Source: Mobula hypostoma (lineage: Eukaryota). From it: 64,000 bases of DNA. The stretch's first letter is position 1. Every line of letters starts with the position of its first letter. The notes beneath the pieces were generated by a model. It had not been told where the DNA came from. It saw nothing but the letters and a program-made list of their open reading frames with translations, and ran no database searches. The position numbers were made by a program, and so were the translations under genes. Where the stretch lies: NCBI RefSeq assembly GCF_963921235.1, contig NC_086097.1:188978001-189042000 (forward strand), given 5' to 3'. Of this stretch, positions 26,585 to 40,385 are shown in pieces.

Positions 26585-29084
26585 ATAGAAACATAGAAAA
26601 CCTATAGCACAATACAGGCCTTTCGGCCCACAGAGTTGTGCCAAACATGTCCCTACCTTAGAAATTACTAGACTTACCTATAGCCCTCTATTTTACTAAG
26701 CTCCATGTAACTAACTAAAAGTCTTTTAAAAGACCCTATCGTATTCACCTCCACCCACTGTTGCAGGCAGCCCATTCCACGCACACACCACTCTCCGAGT
26801 AAAACAGAAACTTACTCCTGACATCTCCTCTGTACTTACTCCCCAGCACCTTAAACCTGTGTCCTGTTGTGGCAACCATCTCAGCCCTGGGAAAAAGCCT
26901 CTGACTATCCACACGATCAATGCCTTTCATCATCTTATACACCTCTATCAGGTCACCTCTCATCCTCCATTGCACCAAGAAGAAAAGGCCAAGCTCACTC
27001 AACCTATTCTCATAAATTGTGAAAGGAAAATCATGTCTGACGAATCTCATAGAATTTTTTGAGGATGTAAATAGTAGAGTGGATAGGGGAGAGCCAGTGG
27101 ATGTGGTATATTTGGATTTTCAAAAGGCTTTTGACAAGGTCCCACACAGGAGATTAGTGTGCAAACTTAAAGCACACGGTCTTGGGGGTAAGGTATTGAG
27201 GTGGATAGAGAATTGGTTAGCAGACAGGAAGCAAAGAGTGGGAATAAACGGGACCTTTTCAGAATGGCAGGTGGTGATTAGTGGGGTACCGCAAGGCTCA
27301 GTGCTGGGACCCCAGTTTACAATATATATTAATGACTTGGATGAGGGAATTAAATGCAGCATCTCCAAGTTTGCGGATGACACGAAGCTGGGTGGCAGTG
27401 TTAGCTGTGAGGAGGATGCTAAGAGGATGCAGAGTGACTTGGATAGGTTGGGTGAGTGGGCAAATTCATGGCAGATGCAATTTAATGTGGATAAATGTGA
27501 ATTTATCCACTTTGGTGGCAAAAATAGGAAAACAGATTATTATCTGAATGGTGGCCGATTAGGAAAAGGGGAGGTGCAACGAGACCTGGGTGTCATTATA
27601 CACCAGTCATTGAAAGTGGGCATGCAGGTACAGCAGGCGGTGAAAAAGGCGAATGGTATGCTGGCATTTATAGCAAGAGGATTTGAGTACAGGAGCAGGG
27701 AGGTACTACTGCAGTTGTACAAGGCCTTGGTGAGACCACACCTGGAGTATTGTGTGCAGTTTTGGTCCCCTAATCTGAGGAAAGACATCCTTGCCATAGA
27801 AGGGAGTACAAAGAAGGTTCACCAGATTGATTCCTGGGATGGCAGGACTTTCATATGAAGAAAGACTGGATGAACTGGGCTTGTACTCGTTGGAATTTAG
27901 AAGATTGAGGGGGGATCTGATTGAAACGTATAAAATCCTAAAGGGATTGGACAGGCTAGATGCAGGAAGATTGTTCCCGATGTTGGGGAAGTCCAGAACG
28001 AGGGGTCACAGTTTGAGGATAAAGGGGAAGCCTTTTAGGACCGAGATGAGGAAAAACTTCTTCACACAGAGAGTGGTGAATCTGTGGAATTCTCTGCCAC
28101 AGGAAACAGTTGAGGCCAGTTCATTGGCTATATTTAAGAGGGAGTTAGATATGGCCCTTGTGGCTACGGGGATCAGGGGGTATGGAGGGAAGGCTGGGAC
28201 AGGGTTCTGAGTTGGATGATCAGCCATGATCATAATAAATGGCGGTGCAGGCTCGTAGGGCCAAATGGCCTACTCCTGCACCTATTTTCTATGTTTCTAT
28301 GTTTCTATAAGGCATGCTCCCCAATCCAGGCAACATCCTTGTAAATCTCCTCTGCATGCTTTCTATGGCTTCCACATCCTTCCTGTAGTGGGGCGACCAG
28401 AACTGAGCACAGTACTCCAACTGTGGTCTGACCAGGGTCCTATATAGCTGCAACATTACCTCTCGGCTCCTAAATTGAATTCCACAATTGATGAAGGCCA
28501 ATACACCGTACGCCTTCTTAACCACAGAGTCAACCTGTGCAGCTGCTTTGAGTGTCCTATGGACTCGGACCCCAAGATCCCTCTGATCCTCCACACTACC
28601 AAGAGCCTTACCATTAATACTATATTCTGCCATCATATTTGACCTACCAAAATGAACCACCTCACACCTATCTGGATTGAACTCCACTTGCCACTTCTCA
28701 GCCCAGTTTTGCATCCTATCAATGTCCCGCTGTATCTTCTGACAGTCCTTCACACTATCCACAACACCCCCAACCTTTGTGTTATCAGCAAACTTACTAA
28801 CCCATCCCTCCACTTCCTCATCCAGGTTATTTATAAAAATCACGAAGAGTAAGGGTCCCAGAACAGATCCCTGAGGCACTCCACTGGTGACCAACCTCCA
28901 TGCAGAATATGACCCGTCTACAACCACACTTTGCCTTCTGTGGGCAAGCCAGTTCTGGATCCACAAAGCAATCTCCCCTTAGATCCCATGCCTCCTTACT
29001 TTCTCAATAAGCCTTGCATGGGGTACCTTATCAAATGCCTTGCTGAAATCCATATACACTACATCTACTGCTCTTCCTTCATCA
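26585..29084 (-). mobile_element. CR1 LINE (family A) split by a second CR1
   Basis: ORFs 28289..28966 and 26745..27050. Halves rejoin as ttctcataa|ggcatgctc, the uninterrupted sequence seen near 46581-46600. Confidence 0.92.
27016..28306 (+). mobile_element. Young 5'-truncated CR1 LINE (family B), RT domain to 3' tail
   Basis: ORFs 27019..27858 and 27827..28210 (one frameshift): YLDFQKAFDKVPH, GVPQGSVLGP, KFADDTK. (TTTCTATG)n tail; ATAA flanks both sides. Confidence 0.96.
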
Positions 29085-29819
29085 GTCACTGTTAATCAGA
29101 ATCAGAACAAGGACACAATGGACATGCTCAAAGTTAGTAAGCAATTGCACTCATTGCCTGCCATGGACAGAAAATACCACTGCAAATATTGGCGTCTTTT
29201 TATTTTATTAGTAATCAAATCACACAATTTAGATTGCTTTCTAACAAACAAATTGACTTAGGTCTCAACTAAAGAATTCAAGAGAATGGACAGCTTTCAT
29301 TTTTAATGTTAATCACATTTCATAGAGGTAATTAAAGTTGAAAGAAATATTGATAAATTTCATTGAGTCGAAACACAAAAGGTGATCTACAAGCAAATTA
29401 TATACGTTGGATTTTTGCTGAAACATTCCAAAGCTAGACCCACTTTTTCTCCAGAGGAGATTATCAACTCATCAACACACTTTACCTTTGAGAATGTAAG
29501 CTTTTCTTGTAACCAAACCAGAGGGTATACAGAATGAGCTACCAGAAGAAGTGGTTGAAGCAGGTTGAATGGTACTAGTAAAGAAACACTTGCATAGCTA
29601 CATGCAGGAACGGGGCTTAGTGGCTTGGAGGATTATGAGCCAAACACAGGAAATTGGGACAAGTTGTGGGCATGGACTTGGTGTGCTGAAGCCCGTTATA
29701 GTGCTGTATTGCTCTATGACTCCAAGACTCCACAAGCCTAAATTGTGTATTTAGCTTCTTGAAGTGGAGTTTTAAACTCATATTTATCTAACTCTTATCT
29801 ATCATATTTATCTAACCAA

Positions 29820-30450
29820 CAAGAGGACCAGAATATAAAACCAAAGACGTCATGCTGAGACTTTAGAAAGCACTGGTGAGGCCTCACTTGGAGTATTGTG
29901 AACAGTTTTGGGCTTCTTATCTTACAAAGGAAGTGCTGAAACTGGAGAGGATTCAAAGAAGGTTAAAAAAAATGATTCCAGGATTGAATGGCTTGTCATA
30001 TGAGGAGTGTTTGATGGCTCTGTGCCTGTTCTCACTGGAATTCAGAAGAATGAGGGGTGACCTAATTGAAATCTATCAAATGTTGAAAAGTCTCAATAGA
30101 CTGGATGTGGAGATGACGTTTCCCATGGTGGGAGACTCTAGGACAAGAGGACACAGCGTCAGGGCAGAGGGACATCTTTTTAGAAAGGAGATGAGGAGGA
30201 ATTTCTTTATCCAGAGAGCAGTGAATCTGTGGAATTTGTTGTCACAGGCAGCTATGGAGGCCAAGTCTTTAAATATACTTAAGGCAAAGGCTGATAGATT
30301 TTTGATTGGACAGGGCATGAAGGGATACGGGGAGAAGGCAGGAGATTTGGACTGAGAGGGAAAAATGGATCAAATAGCATGATGAAATAGCAGGATTAGA
30401 CGATGGGCCAATTAGCCTAATTCTACTCCTATATCTTATGGTCTTATAAC
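29820..30450 (+). mobile_element. CR1 3' fragment
   Basis: ORF 29876..30355 RPHLEYCEQFW...RRMRGDLIEIY...QRAVNLWN. Confidence 0.9.
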
Positions 30451-30549
30451 TCAAAGGTATTTATGGTGAGAAAGAACCTAATAGGTTTACATGAAATCAC
30501 TGGTTCACAAGAGTGACAATATACATGAGAACTTGGTGTGAAAAAGTTG

Positions 30550-30905
30550 CGATATAAGTCCTTTTTAAATATTTCCCCTTTCACCCTAAATCTATGGTCC
30601 TACTTTTGTTCTCCTCTACCCTGGATAAATGACCATTACCATCCACCTCAGATGTGCCTCTCATTATTTTAAACATTTCTATAAGCTTGCCTTTCATTTT
30701 CCTAGGTTGCGTGGAATAAAGACCATGCCTTGCCAACCTTTCCCTCTAGACCTGGCAACATCCTCATAAATCTTTTCTGCAATCTTTCCAGTTAACCGCT
30801 TCTTTCCTACGATAGGCTGACTAAAACTGTACAGAACGTTTCAAGTGTGGCTTCAGCAATTACTTATACAACTGCAACATCATGTCCCAACTCCTACACT
30901 CAATG
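30550..30905 (-). mobile_element. Decayed CR1 fragment
   Basis: Reverse complement of CR1 ORF2 C-terminal DNA (ctggcaacatcctcataaatcttttctgc). Confidence 0.7.
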
Positions 30906-33900
30906 TTATTTCTAAAGTTGTGTGGGAATGCTATAAACAATGGCAGTTATATCTTTACTCTGACAATCTCTTAAACAGTGCCTCCAGAAAGTTTAACCAG
31001 TCATTTATCTGAGTTGCAAAATTTGATGTGTACAGATGTAATGTTTAGTTAGGCAGAATTATGATTTGAAAGCAATTTATTAAGAGTTTTTACAATAAGT
31101 TAGTTGGATCTGAGAAGTATGGTTTCTTATTATGGAGCACCCAAAACTGCATTGACATTTTCTTTTACCATCAATTCATCATTTCTCCTCACTCCTCTAC
31201 AAAACCGCCAACTTGGAAAAGAATCCGCTGAGACAATTTATTTGCTCTTGTGGAGTCAATGGAGCAGGCTCCTCCTTTTATTGTCAGTTAGTGCACCCTG
31301 AGAAAATGCTGAAACATCTTCTCGTTATACTGTTTAGTCTTTGTTTTGATTGTGCTCCCATTGATGAACACCAGACTATTTACATAGTTCTATTAAAGCA
31401 CCAAAAACAGTTGTAGTGAAAGCTGGAGCTGGAAGGGTAACCATGTGGCAATAATTTCTCATTGTCGTTTTCTAAGGTAGGCGTGTGAGGTAATTTTGAT
31501 AATTTATTACAGTGTATTTTCTATTTTGCTTCATACAATTTTGTTTAATTTAAACAAAACTGAGACTTAAAGGGAATCAAATAAAGTTACACCTAAAAAT
31601 ATTGTAGATTGGGTTGAGTAAAAATACAAAATTAACTACAAAGAATATTAAAGGAAATTGTAAGGGTTCTAATTTAAGCATAACATATTATAGATAAGGT
31701 TTAGAGTGTCTTATTCAGGAGTATGAAGATGAAAATATAAAATAGATCATTTGCTTTTTTATTGCAGGTGTTAATAAAGTTGGTCTAGTTCAGCTAGGCT
31801 TATCATACTGTCACTTCACTCAGTTATCTAAATACCTTATTACAGTTTGACTCCAATAAATAACCAACAGCATAGTTTCATGACAGATAGTTTGATGTCT
31901 CTTGCTCCAAGACTATTTGACTAAATGGCTCTTCTCTCAATCTGCTTAAAATTCAACACAAGACTGAACTTTGGTCCACTAAACCAACTACAGTATAAAT
32001 AAATTAGATGACCTACTGTATGAATAAAGATTGTTCAGATCTCAAATCATCAGCATGCACTCCATTAGTAGTTCTTTTCCATTAGATAGATAACTGATGT
32101 GACTCTGTGGTATATCTCCTATCTCTGAGTTAGGTTGTGGGTTAAAGAACACCACACTCATCTCCCAGTCCAAAGGTAATTGCAACACTCAAAGGAGGTG
32201 CTGTCTTTTCGTTGGGATGTCAAAGTGAGACATTCTCACTCACAAAGGGTCAAAGGTCTCATGATATTTCTCAGAGGTGTAACTACACTGGTCCAATGAA
32301 ATAATGGCCACATATCATACAGATGTCCTTGAATAATTATTTTTATCTCTCTCTTTCTTCAGCAGACACCGTGAAAACTACAAGAAAATAAAAGACACAA
32401 AAGGTTTGAAACATCAGTCTTTTAAAGTCTCTCAAGCTAGTGTCTGCTGATAAACAGGCCCCAAAACACATCAGCACAACAGAAGTGTGCTGAAATCAAA
32501 TAAAATCACTAAAAACATATCACACTGTCCATGTAAAGGCACATCAACAACATTATACACAATATTAAACAAATAAAAACAATTACCATGTGCACCTCTT
32601 GGACCACATGCAGAATAAGGCTATTTTAGGGCCATATGTCTCTCTCTGCTTCTATGTTGGTTCTGACCCATAATGCCATAATCATGGTCTTATTAAACTC
32701 TGGTCATGTGACCCATTACACTCCACATTAAATAAAACCTTACATAAAAAGCACAAAATTTTTAATCAAACATTATTTTAAGATAAAAAAAATCACGAAT
32801 TTATGACAAAAACATACAAAGTAAACACCTCAATGAAACATGTCTCTGAAACAGTTACAAGAGGAAAAGCAGAAGAGTTCTCTCAGGTTTAACAGCCCAT
32901 AGATATCCTTCAATAAAAATCACCACAATAGCAAATATGGAAGCTTGGTGTGTATAAATTCCCTACCGCATTTCTGAAACTACAAAAAAAAATGGCATTC
33001 TAGAAAATACTTCATTGGCAGCGAAAACTTTGAATTGTTATTAAACTACATTAATTATTTTGCCATTCCCACATCACAATCTGAACTTCTTTATTGTTCT
33101 AAAATCATATACAGTGACTCTTTAAGGCACCTAATAGAAGCAATAAAATTTATCAAACAATCCACATTACCAATTACTGCCATCTTAGTTAGCAGCACAA
33201 TTATGCTTTGTAGTCATTCCCTACAGAAAAAGAGTTAGAAGGTGTAAAATAATAGATCTACGAATTTCTGAGATTACCCTGATTCATATTTTTAAATTGT
33301 ATACTGCATTGCATTAATCATCAGACGTATCAATATGAAATACTTAATTTCACGCAAACTTTGCGAAATGGTAGTGACTCCTGTGGTTAACTAACATGTT
33401 TATTGATCAAGTTGAACATTGGGTACATGGCCACAACCTATCTTATAATTCAATTTTGATAGTACTCCAAAAGATTATAGCAGAATACATGAAAGAGCTA
33501 AGAGAAGTGTTCACTGTTCCATTTATATTCAAAGCATACATTTAAATCTAAAAGTGATTCCTAGATAAGTAAAAAATGCAATTGCATCAATTCCCACCAC
33601 CAGTCACATTTTCCTTTCTGTCCTCCTTTCAGCATTTATTCAATGACCTGAAAACATAACTGGTTTCTTTTTTTGCTTGACTAGTTGAGTTCTTCCAACA
33701 ACTCTGTTTTGGAATAAGTAATCTGTATTTTGAAATAATTTTAGTGAATATTTAGTAATACATAGATCCATGCCTTGACTAAATGATGTTCAATCAAAAG
33801 GAATGTGTAGCCCTAGTGCTTAACTGTTAATGCCTGTTAGTCTTGAATACTTCATTAGATGATTCGTGTTACTACTGTCTACCTGTTTAACATGTTCTTG

Positions 33901-33915
33901 CCCCACCCCTCATGT

Positions 33916-34503
33916 TGTTTGTTGTTGGCCTCCGTCGATCCGAGCTGGCCATGATATCGCATCCTAGCTGTCTAGATACCCAAGCCTGGGCCGTATAATA
34001 CGGAGAACAAGCTGTTGCCCATGTAGCAAGCTCCCTTCTCCATTCATCTGATGAACCCAAAGGAACGGCGGAGACCGATACAGTTTGGTACCAGCAGTGT
34101 CGCAGGAGTCGCCAGTATGCATTGAACTCAATGTAGGACTGCCTTAGGGACTCCAGCTCTGGATTTTTCTTTGGGGTTTATTCCTTAAGCCTTTCCCATG
34201 AGTGGGTATAGCCGCAAGACAGAAGAGGTCTGAGATCAGAGTTTTCCTTCTCCTAGGTGAGCTGCCAAACATGGCTGATGAGCCCCATCTGCATGAAGCG
34301 ACTGATTTTAAGGCATCAGTAACCTGCATTTGCCCCTTCTCTTGTCAGTAGAAACAGTTCTGCCGGGCTTAGTAGCTAAGCCACATGTGAAGGCCACGAG
34401 CTGGACTTGTTTGTCAGAGTCTATTTGAGACGTAAGCCATTGGGAGCCAAGTGGGAGCTCCCCCCAGATATAGCTCCCTCAGCTATAACGACCTTAAGAA
34501 ACC
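33916..34503 (-). mobile_element. Non-autonomous RTE-like retroposon with HDV-like 5' end (copy 2, full length)
   Basis: TSD acccctcatgt (33905-33915) / accccttatgt (34504-34514); (CAA)n-like 3' tail at 33916-33926; no meaningful ORF; colinear with 8280-8854. Confidence 0.8.
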
Positions 34504-35859
34504 ACCCCTTATGTAGAGGGTAATGTACGTCGACTGATTCTTAAATACTGAGGCTATCAGGTGAGTGTAGTGAAATTAAATTAAAGACATTTTGCAGGTA
34601 GAAGTTGTAGATGAGGAACAGCAATCTGATGCCTAGATGCAGAGGCCCAATGTTGCTTGGTTATGCAGACAGAAAGTAATACCACAGACACCCTGTGTTC
34701 AAATAGGAAATCAATAAACTGAAGCCCTGAATCAGACCTGGTGAGGTTGTCTCTTGTTGAGGAGGCCTTGCTGCACCCTCACATGCTGCTTTTAGTTTCT
34801 GAACCTGTTCCATAATCTGCTGGCTAGCCTCAGCCTTACCTTTGTACCTTCAGATTACTGATCTCCAACCCTCCTGTCCATTAATTCCTAATTTCATGGC
34901 GTTGACAGGGGTCAACAAGGGTCATCCCCTTCAGCTGGCGCTTTAGTCCTGCAGTCTGCTTGTCTGCACATCTGATGACCTGCCTGGTGGGAAACAGGGT
35001 TTAAAATGCTAATAAGCTCTTGGCATTGAATTTACCAGGATTACTATGTTTCTGCAAATATTGAATTTCTCCCCAGCTATCTTGCTATTTCCCCATTTCC
35101 CATTAAGCACACTGCTCTGGCTGTCTACTTGTAAATTCATGTTATGATCTAACCTTTAGCGGGATGATCTATATAGAACTGTTACTCAAGGTGAACTGAG
35201 ATCAGTGGCAGGGTTTTAGTATTAGCACACTTCTCTATCAATTTGAAAAATAGTATTATATGATCTTTCATAACTGGGAGAAAATGTAATGAGATGCACA
35301 GAATGCTGGTGCAATGGTTCCATTCTGGAAGTGCTTCCTTTGACAAGCATTGACGAAAAGCGTTATTGGAAGCTGTGCAGAATTGCAATGCTATTTATTG
35401 TAAAGATGAGAACATTTAAAAATTAACTTTGATTCAATATAAAGAGTAACACAACTTGTATTTTTAATGCTATATGTTTTATATTTTTGTAGTATTTTGT
35501 GTTTTGTGTATTTTTAGAGTCTTTATCTTTTGTGTCTTTTTTGTGCTCCATCAGATCCAGAGTAACAATTATTTTGTTGTCCTTATACTTGCATAGAGGA
35601 AATTGCATGTTGAATTATATGTTCTAATTAGAAGGCATTGGGAGGAACAGCAAGGGTGGCAGTATCAATAACCAGGCTTCTCAGTTTCATAATATGACTG
35701 AGGTCCGACCTCACATGCAGACAGGAATGTGGATTCAGCTTACCAACATGGTATCAATGAATGTGCTGCAGGATTCAGAGTCAAAAGAAGCAGACTATTA
35801 CTTGCCAAACCTATTAATGGTCTAACAGTTTGTTTTTTCCGGATAATGGAAATTATCGC

Positions 35860-36712
35860 CAAGTCTAACTAATGTGTAAATCAGTTCTAAGGCAACACAA
35901 TGGTATAGCAAGGGAAAGCCGGTGAATAAAAAAATAGGTCATCTTATGTGCAGAGGCAGGTAATGTGAGCAAAGTCCTAACAGAGGGTTCTCATCTGTAT
36001 TTACCATGAAGTATGTCGAGATAGTGAGTTCAGCGAAGGGTAATCTAGAGTGGGCCATAACGAAGAAGGAGCAGATGTTAGATGTCATGCGGCATATAAG
36101 AGTCAGGGTTTGAGGAGTCTATTCCAATTTGTGCTGAGAGGCAAATGAGGAGGTAGCTGGACTGGAGGATATCTAATATGGTTCTTTTATTTAGAAGGGC
36201 AATAAGGATAACGGCCAGACTGGCTCAAGCTGACAGGAAGCTAACAGTAACTCAAACAACCACACGTTATAACAGTGGCGTGCCGAAGAGCATTTCTGAA
36301 TGCACAACACATTGAACCTTGAAGTGGATGGGCTACAGCAGTGAAGGCCTTGAACATACACCCAGTGGCCACTTTATTAAGTAGAGGAGGTACCTAATAA
36401 TGTAGCCACTGAGTGTAGATACTGTAGATATTCAGAATCCTTTGCTCATAGCAAAAGCATCAAAAACAAAAGAGCATAGGTTTAAGGTAAGAGGAAGGAA
36501 TTTTAAAGGGATTTGAGGGGAAAGTGTTGATGATACAGAACTTGCTGCCAGAGGGGATGGGGCAGCTGGATATAATCACTACTTTTAAGAGATTTTTAAA
36601 AAGGTACTTTCAATAAGTAGGCCATAGCATGATATGTACCTAATATGGACAAAAATAGTCAGTATGGATATGGTGGTCGGAAGAGCGCCTTTCTGTGCTG
36701 TATAATTCTATG
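35860..36712 (+). mobile_element. Old CR1 fragment interrupted by a Tc1 piece
   Basis: Decayed CR1 ORF2 DNA on both sides of 36210-36417 and a CR1-type 3' UTR. Confidence 0.6.
36210..36417 (+). mobile_element. Tc1 3' fragment ending in a TIR-TIR hairpin
   Basis: Homologous to ~22165-22339. Ends tacacccagtggccactttattaagta-gaggagg-tacctaataatgtagccactgagtgta. Confidence 0.8.
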
Positions 36713-37307
36713 GCTCCAGTCCGACTCTGATGTTGCCTATATGGAGTTTGCATGCTCTCCTGTATTGTTTCCCCAGATACTCTCATTTCCACTGTACAAA
36801 TCTAAGAGGTGAAATAGGCCTTAGGAAAGCTGCTTACCTGGTATGATCTTTAGTGAACATAATGCCTTTTATGCCCCTGGGAACACCAATCACAGCTCTA
36901 TTTCTCAAAATTCGATTTGGGTCCTCCATCAAAGTTTTTCTAATGCTCTTCCAGCAGTTTTTATAATGTATGGAGAAAGGAAAGGGTTGTCACTTTCTTA
37001 CTGGTTGTGTCTGGCTAACATATCTCACAACAAAGCTAATACATGCATTTTAGCGAATTATTACAAAGAATAGAAACACATTGATGACCTCATCTGAAAG
37101 GAGTTTTCCCCAATGATTTTACATCTGATTTATAAGGTATATCAAACAAATGAATTTGTGCTGAAGTACAATGAAATTATTTTAAAACTTAACAGTATAA
37201 CTTCCACTGAAATCAATCCTATGCACTCAATTCTGAATGCACTGCTTAAGAGCATATTGTTCCTTATCTACAGACCAAGCATGTCTTTCATGAGTTTTTA
37301 CATTAAT

Positions 37308-37640
37308 CAGAATCAGGTTTAATATCACCGGCATATGTCGTGAAATTTGTTAACTTTGCGGCAGCAGAACAATGCAATATTTAATAACAGAGAAAAAACT
37401 GAATTAGAGTAAATAAATTAATAAAATATATAAATTAGTTACATTAAATAAGTAGTGCAAAAAATAGGAATAAAAATGGTTGTGAGTTAGTATTCATGGA
37501 TCCGATGTCCATTCAGAAATCGGATGGCAGAGGGGAAGAAACTATTCCTGAATTGTTGAGTGTGTGCCTTCAGGCCTCTGTACTTCCTTCCTGATGGTAG
37601 CAATGAGAAGAGGACATGCCCTCGGTGATGGGGGTCCTCA
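37308..37640 (-). mobile_element. Rex1/Babar 3' fragment
   Basis: DPHHRGHVLFSLLPSGRKYRGLKAHTQQFRNSFFPSAIRFLN; (CTGATT)n tail. Confidence 0.88.
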
Positions 37641-38885
37641 ACGATTACAACATTGAGGCTTTTTATAGTTTTAACTTTCAAAAGGAACAAACAATTGTTC
37701 CCAAGAAGTAATCAAAATGATCTTTGTATGAACGACAAAGTGGTAATCTAATCAACAGGTTCCAATGAAATTAGAAACCCCTATCATGTACCTTGAGTAG
37801 TAGATATAAATCGTGTAATTTCAACTAACACTACCAAGTAGACTGTACCTTTAAGCATATGTGAAATGCTTCAGTCTATCAATTTTGATAACTGGACATA
37901 TAATTACTTTTGGAATAATGGTATAAACATTCATATGGTAACAGAAATATATGGTGGGAGACCTTGGGCATTTGCTGCAGCTATTTTGCAGCAGTGGAAC
38001 AGGTGAACTGGCATCTCCAACTGAGCTCATGGGCCAGACCATTCAGAAATTAAGTAGCTCTTCCTGAACTAATGAATAGGAGTATCATAGGACATCGTGC
38101 AACAGCTGGCAAACAGAGCCTTGATGGAGGTCAGCCATCATCTCATTCAATGGCGGATCTTTCAAACTTCCTTCTAGAATTCCCTGGAGACCAGGAGGTG
38201 AAAGAAGTTAAATTATTGATGTTTTACTTTTATTCTTTTAATTTCAATTATTACTTAATGTTTCAGTTTTGTTTTAATCTATTTATGGTTAAGAAAATTA
38301 TTAGACTTATTTAAATTAGATAAAGCAATCTTAATAATTATGTCATGCTTCTGAATATCAGAGTTAAAAAGATATAAATTGTCATCAGCTTTAACACCAT
38401 CAGTAACATTGCCTCCTGAAATGGCCTGTGGTGTTCACCTGAAATCTATTCACTGCAGGATGCAGGTCTCAGCTCTGGTCCAATTTTCCTGAAGAGAGTC
38501 ACCATGGAGACAGTGTACATTTTGCAAACATCGAGGTTAAATTATCTATTGGATCCGACCGATATCATTGGACTCTAATCATTTCAATATTAATGAGGAT
38601 CCTACCATGTTCACAACTTGTATCCCTTGTGGCTAATCTGCGAAGTTTGCTCTGATCCTTGCTGCTCTAAGGCTGAGGTTATGGGCCTGATCTGGCTGCT
38701 GCCGGCTTCAAGACTATAAACTCACTTTCATTCTGAATGCTGTTTGCTTACTGTTATTGTTTATATGATACATTTTTTTTTCCTCACTCTCTCTGCACAT
38801 TGGGTGTTTGTTGGATCTTTTTAAATGGGTTCTTTTGGGGTTCTTGCTTTGTGGTTACCTGTAAGGAGATGAATCGCAAAGCTTC

Positions 38886-40197
38886 AACACAAAATGCTGG
38901 AGGAAGTCAGCAGGCCAGCCAGCATCTATGGAAAAAAGTAGAGTAGACGTTTTGAGCCAAGACTCTTTGGCAGGACTGAAGAAAAAAAGATGAGGGGTAG
39001 ATTTAAAAGGTTTGGGAGGGGGAAAACACAAGGTGATAGGTGAAATTGAGAGGGGGAGGTAAAGAATGGGAAGTTGATTGGTGAAAGAGATACATGGCTG
39101 TATAAGGGGGAGTCTGATAGGAGAGGACAGAAGGCCATGGAGGAAAGAAAAAAGGGGGAGGAGCTCCAGAGGGAGGCAATGGGCAGTCAAGGAGATAAGG
39201 TGAGAGAGGGAATAGGGAATGGTGAAGGGTAGGGGGGGCATTATCGGAAGTTCGAGAAATCGATGTTCATATCATCAGGTTGGAGGCCACTCAGAAAGAA
39301 TATAAGGTGTTCCTCCAACCTTACTGTGGCCTCATCATGACAGTAGAGGAGGCCATGGTTAAACATATTGTTATGGGAATGGAAAGTGGAATTAAAATGG
39401 GTGACCACTTGGATACCCCGCTTCTTCTGGCAGATGGACTATAGGTGTTCAGCGAAGTGGTCTCCCAATTTACGTCAGGGTCTCACTGATATACAGGAGG
39501 TCATACCAGGAGCACTGGACACAGTGTATGACCCAACAGACTCACAGGTGAAGTGTTGCCTCACCTGGAAGGACTGATTGGGGCTCTGAATGGTAGTGAG
39601 GGATGAGGTGTAGGGGCAGGTATAGCACTTGTTCCGCTTGCAAGGATAAGAACCAGGAGGGAGATCAGTGGGGAGGGACGAATGGACAAGGGAATTGCGT
39701 AGGGAACAATAGCTGCTGAGAAAAGAAAGTGGGGGGAGGGGGGTTAGGGAAAGATGCGCTTGGTGGTGGGATCCCGTTGGAAATGGCGGAAGTTCCAGAG
39801 AATTATGTACTGGATGTGGAGGCTGGTTGGGTGGTAGGTGAGGACAAGAGGAACACCATCCCTGGTTGGGTGGTGGGGAGGAGCAGATGTGCCTGAAATG
39901 GTCGAGGTGCAGTTGAGGGCAGTGTTAATGGTAGAGAAATGGAAACCCTGTCTTTGAAAAAGGAGGACATCTTCTATGTTCTAGAATGAAAAGCCTCATC
40001 CTGAGAGCAGATGCAATGGAGATGGAGGAATTGAGAGAAGGGGATGGCATTTTTACAAGTAACAGGGTGGGAAGCGGTATAGTCCAAGTAGCTGTGAGAG
40101 CCTGTGGGTTTACAATAGGCGTCAGTAGTTAAGCTGTCTCCAGAGATGGAGACAGTGAGCTTGAGAAAGGGGAGGGAGGTGTTGGAAATAGGCCAGT
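38886..40197 (-). mobile_element. Penelope-like element 3' portion, decayed
   Basis: SNTSLPFLKLTVSISGDSLTTDAYCKPTGSHSYLDY (39974..40201), GIY-YIG region DNA, pseudo-LTR and degenerate hammerhead at ~38942-38978. Confidence 0.88.
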
Positions 40198-40343
40198 ACA
40201 AGATTCTAATTGACTAACTTCTAAGGCTAAACTGTTCACAGTGTTTTGAACCAGCCAACCGGATCATGACATTTAATCAATATCCATTTGGACCCCAGAG
40301 GAGTATTTAAGCCGGCATTCTCAGGGGACAGCACCCTCAACTG

Positions 40344-40385
40344 TGCACTGATGATGGCTTATCGATTGGAGCCGAAATGTCTGCA
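40344..40385 (+). ncRNA. Minimal type-I hammerhead ribozyme motif in a second Penelope pseudo-LTR family (~40240-40450)
   Basis: UGCA-CUGAUGA-U-GGCU(loop)AGCC-GAAA-UG-UC-UGCA: intact core with paired stems I and II. Confidence 0.7.
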
